Of a DNA stretch of 46,050 nucleotides, positions 30,881 through 40,621 are shown in pieces. Below the pieces are notes generated by a model, which saw nothing but the letters and a program-made list of their open reading frames with translations, did not search any database and had not been told where the DNA came from. Numbering within the stretch: position 1 is the first letter of the stretch; the number at the start of each line of letters is the position of its first letter. This DNA comes from a virus: the IMG/VR virus record IMGVR_UViG_3300009537_000030, positions 1 through 46,050 of that record; one strand, written 5' to 3'. The translations under genes were made by a program, and so were the position numbers.

Positions 30881-32536
30881 ATGCCTAAGATAGTTCAATA
30901 CGAACCTAGTCAAGTACAGTCACAAGTTGTAGCAGGTCCTACAGCACGCAGTGCACCTACTGCTGCATTCGGTGGCGACGTTGCCACGGGTCTTGCTGCT
31001 GCAGCTGAAGCTACCTTCAACATAAAAACTCGAATTGATACCACATCAGCTGAAGAAGCTGTGATGAATTTTGAACGTGATAAAAATGATACGTTCTTTA
31101 ACCCTGATACCGGTTACTTTAATACCCAGGGTAAGAATGCTTATGATAATTCAATAGCAACAACAAAAACACTTGAAGAATTAAAAAAGACTTACGGTGA
31201 CTCATTAAATCCAGAAGCTAAAAAAATGTTCAATGCTGTTGCTGATAAACATATTGCAAAAAGCAATGTTGATATTGCACGTCATGCATCAAAAGGTTTG
31301 AAAGCATGGGAGATATCCACCATTGAAGCACAAGTTGAAAATTCACTTGAGAACTCTTCATTGTATTGGGATGATCCTAAAGCATTAGGTGTTCAACGTG
31401 TGTTAGGAAGACAGGCTATTATTGATGCATCTGACATGCTGGGTGATAGTGTTGAAGCTAAAGCTGAGAAATTACAAACATTTGAATCAGCTTTTGCAAG
31501 CTCAACTATTAAAGCTGCTACAGCGAGTAGTGCAGCATTAGGTAAGGAAGCATTAGAAAAATACGGATCTAAATTAGAAGGTCCTGATAAAGTCAAAATT
31601 GAAACTGCAATCCAGAAGAAAGCAAAACTTGAAAAGACTCAAACTGATGCAACTGCTGCAACATTAACCGCTAACCGGTTAGTTGACCAATATGACAGTA
31701 AAAATCAAATCATTGATGAAGTGAAAAAGATTAAAGATCCTGAACTTCAGAAGAAAACAATGACTGAATCAATGACACAATACAATCGTAAGGTGCAAGC
31801 TGACAAAGAACTTCAGCTTAAAAACTATGAACAAGGTATTGAGCACTTTAATAAAGGTGGTACTGCAGGTGAGTTTCAAGCACAGAATCCTGTAGCATGG
31901 GAAGGTATGTCATCTAAACAACGTAACAATTTATTAGCCGGTAAACATACAACGACTGACCAAATTAAATTTAATACCGTAATGACATTACCGCGTAATC
32001 AGCTTAAAGATGTTAATGCCACTGACTATGCTGATGTTTTTGCACCTGCAGATGTTTCTAAACTACGGGCTGCTGTTGATAAAGCTAAGAAAGGTCAAAG
32101 TGTGACATCAGTACAAACTGCTTCACAGAAAACCAATTTGATTGCTGAACAGTTTTTCGGTAAAAAATCTACATGGAAAGGTAATAAAGCTAAATCTGAA
32201 AAAGTCCAAGGGTTGATGACTACTGTTCAAGGTTCCATTGAAGAAGCTGAAAACCTTAAAGGCGGTAAGTTAACACCTACTGAAGTTGATGCGGTACTTG
32301 CTGACTTCAGTCGTCGATTCGTTGTTGAGCGTTCTGCATTAGGATTTGATTTCTTAGCCTTTGATATTGACATTGATTTGAGTAACACACCACCAGAGCA
32401 AGTTTCTGAATTGTCTAAATTTGTTACTCAACATGGTGAAGAATCGTTCCAAGAAGTAACAAATATATTGGAATCAAAAGATAAACCTGTAACAATTGAT
32501 ACAATTCTTAGCACATACAGACAGGCGACAAAATAA
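30881..32536 (+). CDS. Internal virion protein (by position)
   Basis: 551-aa helical Lys/Ala-rich protein between the tail and giant ejection protein genes. Confidence 0.4.
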   Translation: MPKIVQYEPSQVQSQVVAGPTARSAPTAAFGGDVATGLAAAAEATFNIKTRIDTTSAEEAVMNFERDKNDTFFNPDTGYFNTQGKNAYDNSIATTKTLEELKKTYGDSLNPEAKKMFNAVADKHIAKSNVDIARHASKGLKAWEISTIEAQVENSLENSSLYWDDPKALGVQRVLGRQAIIDASDMLGDSVEAKAEKLQTFESAFASSTIKAATASSAALGKEALEKYGSKLEGPDKVKIETAIQKKAKLEKTQTDATAATLTANRLVDQYDSKNQIIDEVKKIKDPELQKKTMTESMTQYNRKVQADKELQLKNYEQGIEHFNKGGTAGEFQAQNPVAWEGMSSKQRNNLLAGKHTTTDQIKFNTVMTLPRNQLKDVNATDYADVFAPADVSKLRAAVDKAKKGQSVTSVQTASQKTNLIAEQFFGKKSTWKGNKAKSEKVQGLMTTVQGSIEEAENLKGGKLTPTEVDAVLADFSRRFVVERSALGFDFLAFDIDIDLSNTPPEQVSELSKFVTQHGEESFQEVTNILESKDKPVTIDTILSTYRQATK

Positions 32537-35500
32537 TGGCAATGAATTTTGAATCAGTGGATTTTGATAATATTGAAACTCTAAGTGACGAAAACGACAA
32601 GAACACGCTTCAGTCGAATATGAGTGAAGCAATGAAAATCAATCCTGATCAACATGCTAAACAACGTCAGCTGTCTAAAGACACCGGTGTACCTGCGTTT
32701 GCAGTTGATGAAAGTGTTGAACAAAAATTCAATCTTGATAAAGTTGATTTTAGCAATGTCACAGAACGTAGCCCAAAGACTACGGGATTTTTAAGTAACT
32801 TCGATAATTCTGTTGTTGCCCAGGATGATGTTGATATTTTGCAGTCGATTGAAGAGATATTCGATTTCAGTAAAACATTCCAGAACCTCGGTGAAACATC
32901 GAAGCTAGGTTTTGAAACACAAGCTAAAGGTCTTTTATTAGCAGGTGCTGATAAAACACCTGACCGTAGAAAAGATTTAATGCCATTCGATATGTTCCCA
33001 CCTGGCGCGGGTATCAGTCCTCAAGAAGCTCAGATGATGTCTGTTGAATACGCTAAGGGTTTTGGCATTGAAACGGATGAGCAGCTTGCACAAGCTAAAG
33101 AAGAAGGTGTTAATAAACTCATTACTGATATTCGTACAATACAAGAAAAAACAAAACAGTTATCACCTGATGATCTTAATCTACTTGAGCAAGGTGTCAG
33201 GGGTGGTGTTGAATCACTTATCAATATGGCACCTGGTATGGGGCTTATGCTCTTATCGGGTGGTCGTGCTGCTCCATTACTCATGTCAATGGGTGTTCAG
33301 ACTTACGGTGCTTCTTATGCTGATGCACGTGCTGAAGGGTTAGAGCCTGATAAAGCACAATGGTTTGGTGCTATCGATGCGGCTATTGAAGTGGGTACCG
33401 AATTGTTACCTACAGGTGTTCTTGAGAAAATCCTGACCGGAAAAAGCACCGGGTTGAAGAAATCTGCATTAGAATTTTTAGTCAAAGAAATGGGTACAGA
33501 GCAAATTGCAACATTGGGTCAGTCTATAAATGCATATAATTTCGGTCTTGATAAAGAGATGGAAGCAGCTGAGTCAATTGAAGACATGATTAACATTCAA
33601 GCACGTCGTCAAGCTGTTACTGCCATTGCTACTGTTGTGGCAGGTGGTGCACAAATAGCAGCGGCGACTGGTGTTCGTAAAGGTATTGAGTCATTAACAC
33701 AAGATACACAGAAGAAAGAAACAAAAGGTGATATTGAGCAAAATAAAATTGATGAACTTAATGCTAAATCTACTGAATCAAAATTACGTGAACGTGATAA
33801 AGAGTCATTTAAACAATTTGTTCAAGAAGCTGACGGTGATAATAACACTAATGTATTCATCGATGGTGCACAGACTTCATTGTACATGCAGACGTTCACC
33901 ACTGAAGAGATTGAAGCTGATGCTGCGTTAACATTATTAGATCAGCAAGTACGTGAAGCATCCGAGCAAGGTAATGATATTCAAATACCGGTTGCTGATT
34001 TTGCTACTGATGTTGCAGGTACTGAACACTTTGATGCATTGCGTGACAGCATGACCATGAGTGGTGAGACTGTTGCACCGTTTCGCCAGGAACAAGTGAA
34101 GCAAGAACAAGAAAATTACATCAAGAATTTGATGGAAGAAGCACAGACTAACACCAGTGAGTACGTACAGGCTCAAGAGATATTCACACAGGTACGCGAC
34201 CAGCTGGTTGACACGGGTGCTGTGACACCTGCGAATGCATCAATCATGGCTCAAATCGTCCCTGCATGGGCCACTGCTCAAGCTAAACGTACTGGTAAAA
34301 CAGTTGAGCAAGTTTACAGTGATGCAGGTTTAGTTATTGAAGGACCACAGACAGGTGAAGTTGCACGTCAAGCCGGTGAGATGGTGTTGAGTCAGGAACC
34401 TACTGACTTTGTAGCTGAAGAATTAGGCGGTGAAATTCGTACCCGTAGAACTGATGAAGATTTAGGTGAAATATCTGAAATTGTTTTCGATGATGCTGTT
34501 GTTCAGTTGGATGTCAGAGATGAACCTGATGCTACCTATGTCACTGGTATTGCTACTAAAACACCTGATGACTTAGCAGTTGTAGCTGAAGGTACAGGTC
34601 GCGGTACACAAGTTTTAGAAGCACTTAAAAAACAAGCTGATTTAACAGGTAAAACTTTATCAGTTGTTGATGTAACTACATCTGCTGAACCGTTCTATAA
34701 AAAAATTGAATGGCTTAATAAGGAAGATGTGACACTTCAATTTGAAGGTAAACCTTATACTCCACCTATCAGCTACACTTATGTTCCACAACGTGCTACA
34801 ATATTAGAACAACCAGGAGTAACTGAAGATGAAATACTTGAACGAGAAGATGGAGATCGTGGACGAAGAGTTACCGGTGACCAAGCCATTATCGAAGAAG
34901 CGAAAGCAAGAACTGACGAACAAGCTTTATCCGAGTTCAACAGAGCAGAACGTGGAGAAGAAGTCACCGTCGTTCATCGAGCGCACGACGCAGAAGGTAA
35001 GCTCAACGATCAAAAACTTGATGAAGTAATTGATAAGAAAACACCGTCAGCATACTTCGGTCATTACACCGGTACCGCTGATGTTGGTAATGCTGCACGT
35101 CATGGTAACGATGTTACTGTTCATAAAGTTCAATTAAAAAACCCACTTGTTATCAGTGCAGAAACATTTGAAAGTGTTACTGATGGTATGACAGCTGAAG
35201 AAGCTATTGCTAAACGTGAGTTCTTCAAAGCTGAAGGTCATGACGGTTTATTGGTTCAAGGTTTGAACTGGGTTGTTGCATTTGAAAGTGACACGTTGAC
35301 TGAACTTCAAGAAGAGTTCGGTGATGTTGCTGAGATGTTTGCACAGGAACCTGTATCAACTGAGACTGAAGCATTTAAGAAATGGTCAGGTGGGGGTGAA
35401 GTTGTTGAGTCTGATGATATTAATGACTATGTGTTCAAAGCTGACACCCCTACTGTTGTAAAAGTATTTCACGGTACAACTCATGACTTTGATGTGTTCG

Positions 35501-38500
35501 ATGCTAAACGTGGGAATTTAGAAGGTCAGTTCGGCGCAATCAATTACTTCACCAGTTCAGAGCAAGATGCATCTGATAATTATGCGGGTGAAGGTCCTGA
35601 TTTAACAAGTCGCATTGAGCAACGTGCTGAACGCATTGAGCAAGAACAAGAAATAGAAATGGATGAAGCACGTGATATTGCACGTGAAGAATTATCCGGT
35701 GGTGTTGATCAAACAATGGAACTTTTCGTGCGTGTCGATAATCCTTTTGTCATCGGTGAAAATGCAGAATGGGTTGAGTTTGTTGATAATGAAGCTATTC
35801 AGACTGATGCAATGGAGCAGGTTGCTGAAGACAATGATATTACTGTTGAAGAATTAGAAGAACGTCGTGATGAATTTGAAGATGAAATTGATGAAAAACG
35901 ATGGGAAATAGAATCTGAAACACCTAATGAATTAGCTGAAGCAATCCAAACTGTAGCAAGTCGTAATGGCGTTGAAGCTGCTGAACTATCAGGTTCAGTT
36001 TATGACTTAGGTAGTGAAGCAACACCTGAAGCAATTGAAAATCTTTTACGTAGTAGTGAAGACTATGCTTATGCTGAAGATGCTGAGACAGGTGAGATAA
36101 TAGGTTTTCAGATGATTGCTGAAGTCATTGAAGAGATGGGGTTCGATTCTATCATCTTAAAGAATGCTGAAGCACGATTTGAAACAATGAACATGTCACC
36201 CGATACGGCACACGTTCATATTTTTGATAGTAATAAAACCAATATCAAATCAACCGAGAACATCGGTACATTCGATCCAACTGATCCGAGTATATTTAAA
36301 CAAGAAGCACGCGGTTATTATGACCCTGCTAACAGCGTCATTCGTCTGACTGAAGCTGCTGATCTGAGTACCTTCTTACATGAGTTTGCACACTTCATGT
36401 ATGAGATGGAAGTGGACGGTAACACTGACATGCTGCAATCAATCAACAACTGGTACAAACGCAATGCTGAAGATGTTGCTGCAGAGGCTAATGATTACGC
36501 ACCGAACACTACCATCTTACCGAGTCATGTAGTTGCTTTCCTTGATGAAGGTACTGCAGGTGATAAAGAACGTGATGATGGTATCCGTCGTGCTGTACAT
36601 GAACAGTTCGCACGCGGATTTGAAACATACCTCATGGAAGGTAAAGCACCTTCAATTGAATTGCGTAATGCATTCAGAACTTTTGCACGCTGGTTAGCAC
36701 GTATTTACCAGTCAATGAAAGGTAAGTTGAACGTCAACCTGGATGCTGAGATGCGTGCAGTGTTCGACCGTTTGGTTGCAACTGAAGATCAGATTGCTGC
36801 AGCTGAAGCACGTGCTCATGTTGAACCTATGTTCACTGATGCTGCTATGGCAGGTATGACTGAAGAAGAGTTCATCAAATACAAACAGCAACAAGAAAAA
36901 GTAAAAGATGTGCAGTCTGAAACACTGCGTAACAAACTAATTAAGCAACTCACACGTCAAACTAAGAAATGGTGGAAGGAAGAAAAGTCTGACATTATTG
37001 ATGAAGAAATCGACGCGCTGAAAAAAGAACGTGTTTATGCTGCACGTGAGCGATTGAAAGCACCATCAACACAAGGTGAATTCAAGAAAATTACTGCTGA
37101 GTTAGATAAAGAACTTGGTGATATTAATAAGCAAGTTAAAAAACTCATTAAAGAAAATGATACCGTCGGTCAATTCTTATCTAAACAAGGTGGGTTGAAT
37201 CGTGAGTCAATGCTGGCTGAAGGTGTTGACCCTGAACACTTCAAAGATAAAGTTAAAGTATTCGGTAAACCTTTGTTTCCAAAAAAAGGCGGTATGACTG
37301 CAGATGATGTAGCTGAAAAGTTAAATCAAGAAGGTTACAAAGGTGGTAATTTATCTGCTAACGATGCACTTGAAGTTATCTTTGACATGTTATCTGAAGA
37401 CACTGACTTCGTTGATCAGGATGTAACTGCTGAATTAAATGCTTTAGCTTCAGTCAGTGAAACACTTGAGAAAGAAAAAATTGAAGTTGAAGAAACATCT
37501 CAGCAAGTAAATTTAAAACTTGACCATGCAACTGTTAAAGAAATGGCGGGTGAAGAGAAAACAAATAAGATAGGTAAAACATCTGTAGTCGTTCCACCGG
37601 CTTTAATCGGTATGACTGCAAAAGGTCAGCAAGGTGTTCACCCTGATGAAGCTGCAGCATTCCTCGGTTACAACTCAGGTTCTGAAATGATTGCTGACTT
37701 GATTAATGCACCGGCTATTAAAGTGCAAGCTGAAACAAATGCTGAAGCTAAAATGATTGAACGTCATGGTGACATCTTCACCGACGGTACCATTGAACGT
37801 GAAGCTGATGAAGCTGTGCAGAATGAAGAACGTGGTAAATTAATCCTTGCTGAATTAAAATCATTAGCTAAAGGTACGAATGCACCGACGATTGACAGAG
37901 CGACTATTAAAGAATTAGCAACTACTAACATAGGTAAGTTGGCATTCAGAGAAATTCACCCTGCTAAATACCGTCGTGCAGAAGTACGTGCAGCACAAGA
38001 TGCAGCGCGTGCATTAGCAGAAGGTAATAAAGAACTTGCTGCTGAAGCTAAGATGCGCCAGGTGATGAATTACTATCTCGGTATGGAAGCGACTAAAGCT
38101 AAAAATGAGACTGTGAAAATTGTTGACCGTATGAACCGGTACAATAAAAAGAAAGTCCGTGAAGAAGTGTTGAAAGCTGAAAACGGATACATGGATCAGA
38201 TTGATAAAATCCTCGGTCGTTTCGAGTTCAGAAAAGCAGCAACACTCAAACAAGTTGAAAGTATTAATTTATGGGTGAAAGAACGTACAGAAACAGACGG
38301 TGATGGATTAGTCATTGCTAATGTAGTATTGAATGAATCTTATGTTACTCATTGGAAAAATGTACCTTTCTCAGATTTACAAGGTATCAATGACTCTGTG
38401 AAGAACATCGAACATGTTGCACGTTATGCTAATAAAATTAAAATGCAGCAAGAAGAGATTGACTTCAAAAAATTGAAGGACCAATGGACTGACCATATTA

Positions 38501-40587
38501 ACGTGCAAGATGCACGATTCAGCACGAAGTCAAGTCGCAGTCGCACTGATGATGCGCGTAAAGCTACTGCTATGGAACACATCAGAAAGTGGGCTTCACA
38601 GCTTACTAAGGTACCGTTCTTAGCATCATGGTTAGATGGTGGTGAACGTGCAGGGATGAGTCACGATATACTGGTACAACCGTTCACAGACGCTCTCGAT
38701 GTCAAGATGAAAATGGTTGATGAAGTTGCGTTACCTGTAATTGAAGCAATTCGTAACAGGACTAAAGCTGACCAAAAACGTCACATGACTAAAATCTGGA
38801 TACCTGAGATTGAAGATCATTTATTAGGTCACCAGGTACTTGCTGTTGCATTGAATGTGGGTAACCAAGGTAACATGAAGAAGATGTTACTCGGTGAAGG
38901 TTGGGCTGATCCAGATGTTGATACTGACATCAGTATTGATAATGCTAAGTTACAAGCTGTACTGAAACACATGAACAAAAATGACTGGGAATTAGTTCAG
39001 CAAATATGGGACCAGATGGATATCTTGTACCCGCAATTAGCTGAAGTTCACCGTCGCACTACCGGGTTAACACCACCAAAAGTTGAAGCTGTTCCTATTG
39101 AAAATGAGTTCGGTACATTCAGAGGTGGCTACTACCCAGTAAAATACTCACCTAAACGCTCTCATAAAGCTGAGAAAAATGCTGAGAAGCGTGAAGCTGA
39201 AACTGAGTCAATGTTCAACAACACTGCAAGCATTCAATCGTCAGTGAATGCAGGTGCCACAAATGAACGTACAGGGTTTTATGACCGTATCAATTTATCT
39301 TTGGAAGTTGTACCTGAACACTTCAATGAGACTATTCATTATATTACCCATCATGATGCAGTGCGCCAGGTTAATCGATTGATACAAGCACCTGATGTGG
39401 CTGATGCTATATCCGGTGTACTCGGTGAAGAAGAGTTCAAACAACTCAAACCATGGTTGAATGATATTGCTAAAGACGGTCGTCAGCAGCCTGTGAAGAC
39501 GTATATTGATTCGATATTTCAACGGTTACGTTTCGGTACAACACTCGGTATCATGGGCTTTAAAGCGTCCACAGGCATCATGCAGGTGTATGGCTTACTG
39601 ACTACAGCTGCAGAATTAGGTGTGGGCCCTACCGTGAAAGGCATCTATACAACAATCGGTCGCAGCTGGTACATGAAAGCAGTGCGTGATGTATTAGGAA
39701 GTACTGATACTATGCAGTCAGGTTGGGAATTTGCAGCTGAGAAATCTAAAGTTATGAACCATCGTGTTAAAACAATGGATCGTGAAATCAGAAATGCAAT
39801 GAATGTAATTCAAGGTAAGCATGGTTTCATGGCTGCAGTGCAGGAAGCATCAATGAAACATATCGCACTGATTCAGACCTACATCGTTGATTTACCTACC
39901 TGGCACGCTGCTTATTCTAAAGAATTGAGTGAGTCAGGTGATGAGTCGAAAGCTGTTAATTATGCTGATTGGGCTGTTGAGAACCTGCAGGGGTCAGGTG
40001 CCACTAAAGACATGGCAACGATTCTCAGAAATCAAAGCAAGCTGCTTACCACCATGACAATGTTCATGACGTTTTTCAGTTCACTCGGTAATTTAGGACG
40101 TGATGTGGTGAAAGGTAGTCGTAGCGGATTATATTCAGGTACAACTGTTGCAGCTAAGTTGATGTTTTTATACACATTACCCGTGTTCTTTGAAATGTTA
40201 ATGCGCGGTGAATTGGGTGAACCTGATGATGAAGATGAGCGTCTGAGTAAATTTTTAACTCAAACAGCATTATACCCGTTGACATCAATTCCTTTCGTTC
40301 GTGATGCTGCTGGTGGTTTACTCGGTGACTATGGTTACAACAGTTCACCGGTCGCGTCTGTGATTGAGAAAGGTATTCAGGGGTATAAACAAATCGGTGA
40401 GCGCATGTTCACTGATGATGAGGTTACAAAGAGTGCTGTTAAAAATGCCAGCAAGCTAACCGGTGTTGCATTAGCGGTACCGGGGGTCAGCCAGGCATGG
40501 GCTTCAGGTGAACATTTATATGATGTTATTGAAGAAGGTGAAGAATTTACCGTGAGAGAATTACTATTTGGTCCAACCAGAAAGTAG
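32536..40587 (+). CDS. Giant polyvalent internal virion / ejection protein (2683 aa)
   Basis: ATGA-type overlap with the previous gene. It carries a zincin HEFAH at 36379-36393 followed by HEQFARGFETYLMEGKAPS. There are two tandem modules (VVHRAH..AYFGHYT..LKNPLVI..GHDGLLV and VFHGTTHDFDVF..NYFTS..VDNPFVI..GFDSIILK). EGTGRGTQVLEAL is GNAT-like. C-terminal segments are hydrophobic. Confidence 0.8.
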   Translation: MAMNFESVDFDNIETLSDENDKNTLQSNMSEAMKINPDQHAKQRQLSKDTGVPAFAVDESVEQKFNLDKVDFSNVTERSPKTTGFLSNFDNSVVAQDDVDILQSIEEIFDFSKTFQNLGETSKLGFETQAKGLLLAGADKTPDRRKDLMPFDMFPPGAGISPQEAQMMSVEYAKGFGIETDEQLAQAKEEGVNKLITDIRTIQEKTKQLSPDDLNLLEQGVRGGVESLINMAPGMGLMLLSGGRAAPLLMSMGVQTYGASYADARAEGLEPDKAQWFGAIDAAIEVGTELLPTGVLEKILTGKSTGLKKSALEFLVKEMGTEQIATLGQSINAYNFGLDKEMEAAESIEDMINIQARRQAVTAIATVVAGGAQIAAATGVRKGIESLTQDTQKKETKGDIEQNKIDELNAKSTESKLRERDKESFKQFVQEADGDNNTNVFIDGAQTSLYMQTFTTEEIEADAALTLLDQQVREASEQGNDIQIPVADFATDVAGTEHFDALRDSMTMSGETVAPFRQEQVKQEQENYIKNLMEEAQTNTSEYVQAQEIFTQVRDQLVDTGAVTPANASIMAQIVPAWATAQAKRTGKTVEQVYSDAGLVIEGPQTGEVARQAGEMVLSQEPTDFVAEELGGEIRTRRTDEDLGEISEIVFDDAVVQLDVRDEPDATYVTGIATKTPDDLAVVAEGTGRGTQVLEALKKQADLTGKTLSVVDVTTSAEPFYKKIEWLNKEDVTLQFEGKPYTPPISYTYVPQRATILEQPGVTEDEILEREDGDRGRRVTGDQAIIEEAKARTDEQALSEFNRAERGEEVTVVHRAHDAEGKLNDQKLDEVIDKKTPSAYFGHYTGTADVGNAARHGNDVTVHKVQLKNPLVISAETFESVTDGMTAEEAIAKREFFKAEGHDGLLVQGLNWVVAFESDTLTELQEEFGDVAEMFAQEPVSTETEAFKKWSGGGEVVESDDINDYVFKADTPTVVKVFHGTTHDFDVFDAKRGNLEGQFGAINYFTSSEQDASDNYAGEGPDLTSRIEQRAERIEQEQEIEMDEARDIAREELSGGVDQTMELFVRVDNPFVIGENAEWVEFVDNEAIQTDAMEQVAEDNDITVEELEERRDEFEDEIDEKRWEIESETPNELAEAIQTVASRNGVEAAELSGSVYDLGSEATPEAIENLLRSSEDYAYAEDAETGEIIGFQMIAEVIEEMGFDSIILKNAEARFETMNMSPDTAHVHIFDSNKTNIKSTENIGTFDPTDPSIFKQEARGYYDPANSVIRLTEAADLSTFLHEFAHFMYEMEVDGNTDMLQSINNWYKRNAEDVAAEANDYAPNTTILPSHVVAFLDEGTAGDKERDDGIRRAVHEQFARGFETYLMEGKAPSIELRNAFRTFARWLARIYQSMKGKLNVNLDAEMRAVFDRLVATEDQIAAAEARAHVEPMFTDAAMAGMTEEEFIKYKQQQEKVKDVQSETLRNKLIKQLTRQTKKWWKEEKSDIIDEEIDALKKERVYAARERLKAPSTQGEFKKITAELDKELGDINKQVKKLIKENDTVGQFLSKQGGLNRESMLAEGVDPEHFKDKVKVFGKPLFPKKGGMTADDVAEKLNQEGYKGGNLSANDALEVIFDMLSEDTDFVDQDVTAELNALASVSETLEKEKIEVEETSQQVNLKLDHATVKEMAGEEKTNKIGKTSVVVPPALIGMTAKGQQGVHPDEAAAFLGYNSGSEMIADLINAPAIKVQAETNAEAKMIERHGDIFTDGTIEREADEAVQNEERGKLILAELKSLAKGTNAPTIDRATIKELATTNIGKLAFREIHPAKYRRAEVRAAQDAARALAEGNKELAAEAKMRQVMNYYLGMEATKAKNETVKIVDRMNRYNKKKVREEVLKAENGYMDQIDKILGRFEFRKAATLKQVESINLWVKERTETDGDGLVIANVVLNESYVTHWKNVPFSDLQGINDSVKNIEHVARYANKIKMQQEEIDFKKLKDQWTDHINVQDARFSTKSSRSRTDDARKATAMEHIRKWASQLTKVPFLASWLDGGERAGMSHDILVQPFTDALDVKMKMVDEVALPVIEAIRNRTKADQKRHMTKIWIPEIEDHLLGHQVLAVALNVGNQGNMKKMLLGEGWADPDVDTDISIDNAKLQAVLKHMNKNDWELVQQIWDQMDILYPQLAEVHRRTTGLTPPKVEAVPIENEFGTFRGGYYPVKYSPKRSHKAEKNAEKREAETESMFNNTASIQSSVNAGATNERTGFYDRINLSLEVVPEHFNETIHYITHHDAVRQVNRLIQAPDVADAISGVLGEEEFKQLKPWLNDIAKDGRQQPVKTYIDSIFQRLRFGTTLGIMGFKASTGIMQVYGLLTTAAELGVGPTVKGIYTTIGRSWYMKAVRDVLGSTDTMQSGWEFAAEKSKVMNHRVKTMDREIRNAMNVIQGKHGFMAAVQEASMKHIALIQTYIVDLPTWHAAYSKELSESGDESKAVNYADWAVENLQGSGATKDMATILRNQSKLLTTMTMFMTFFSSLGNLGRDVVKGSRSGLYSGTTVAAKLMFLYTLPVFFEMLMRGELGEPDDEDERLSKFLTQTALYPLTSIPFVRDAAGGLLGDYGYNSSPVASVIEKGIQGYKQIGERMFTDDEVTKSAVKNASKLTGVALAVPGVSQAWASGEHLYDVIEEGEEFTVRELLFGPTRK

Positions 40588-40621
40588 TGGTAGACTCACA
40601 TTATCGAATTGAGGATTAGTT

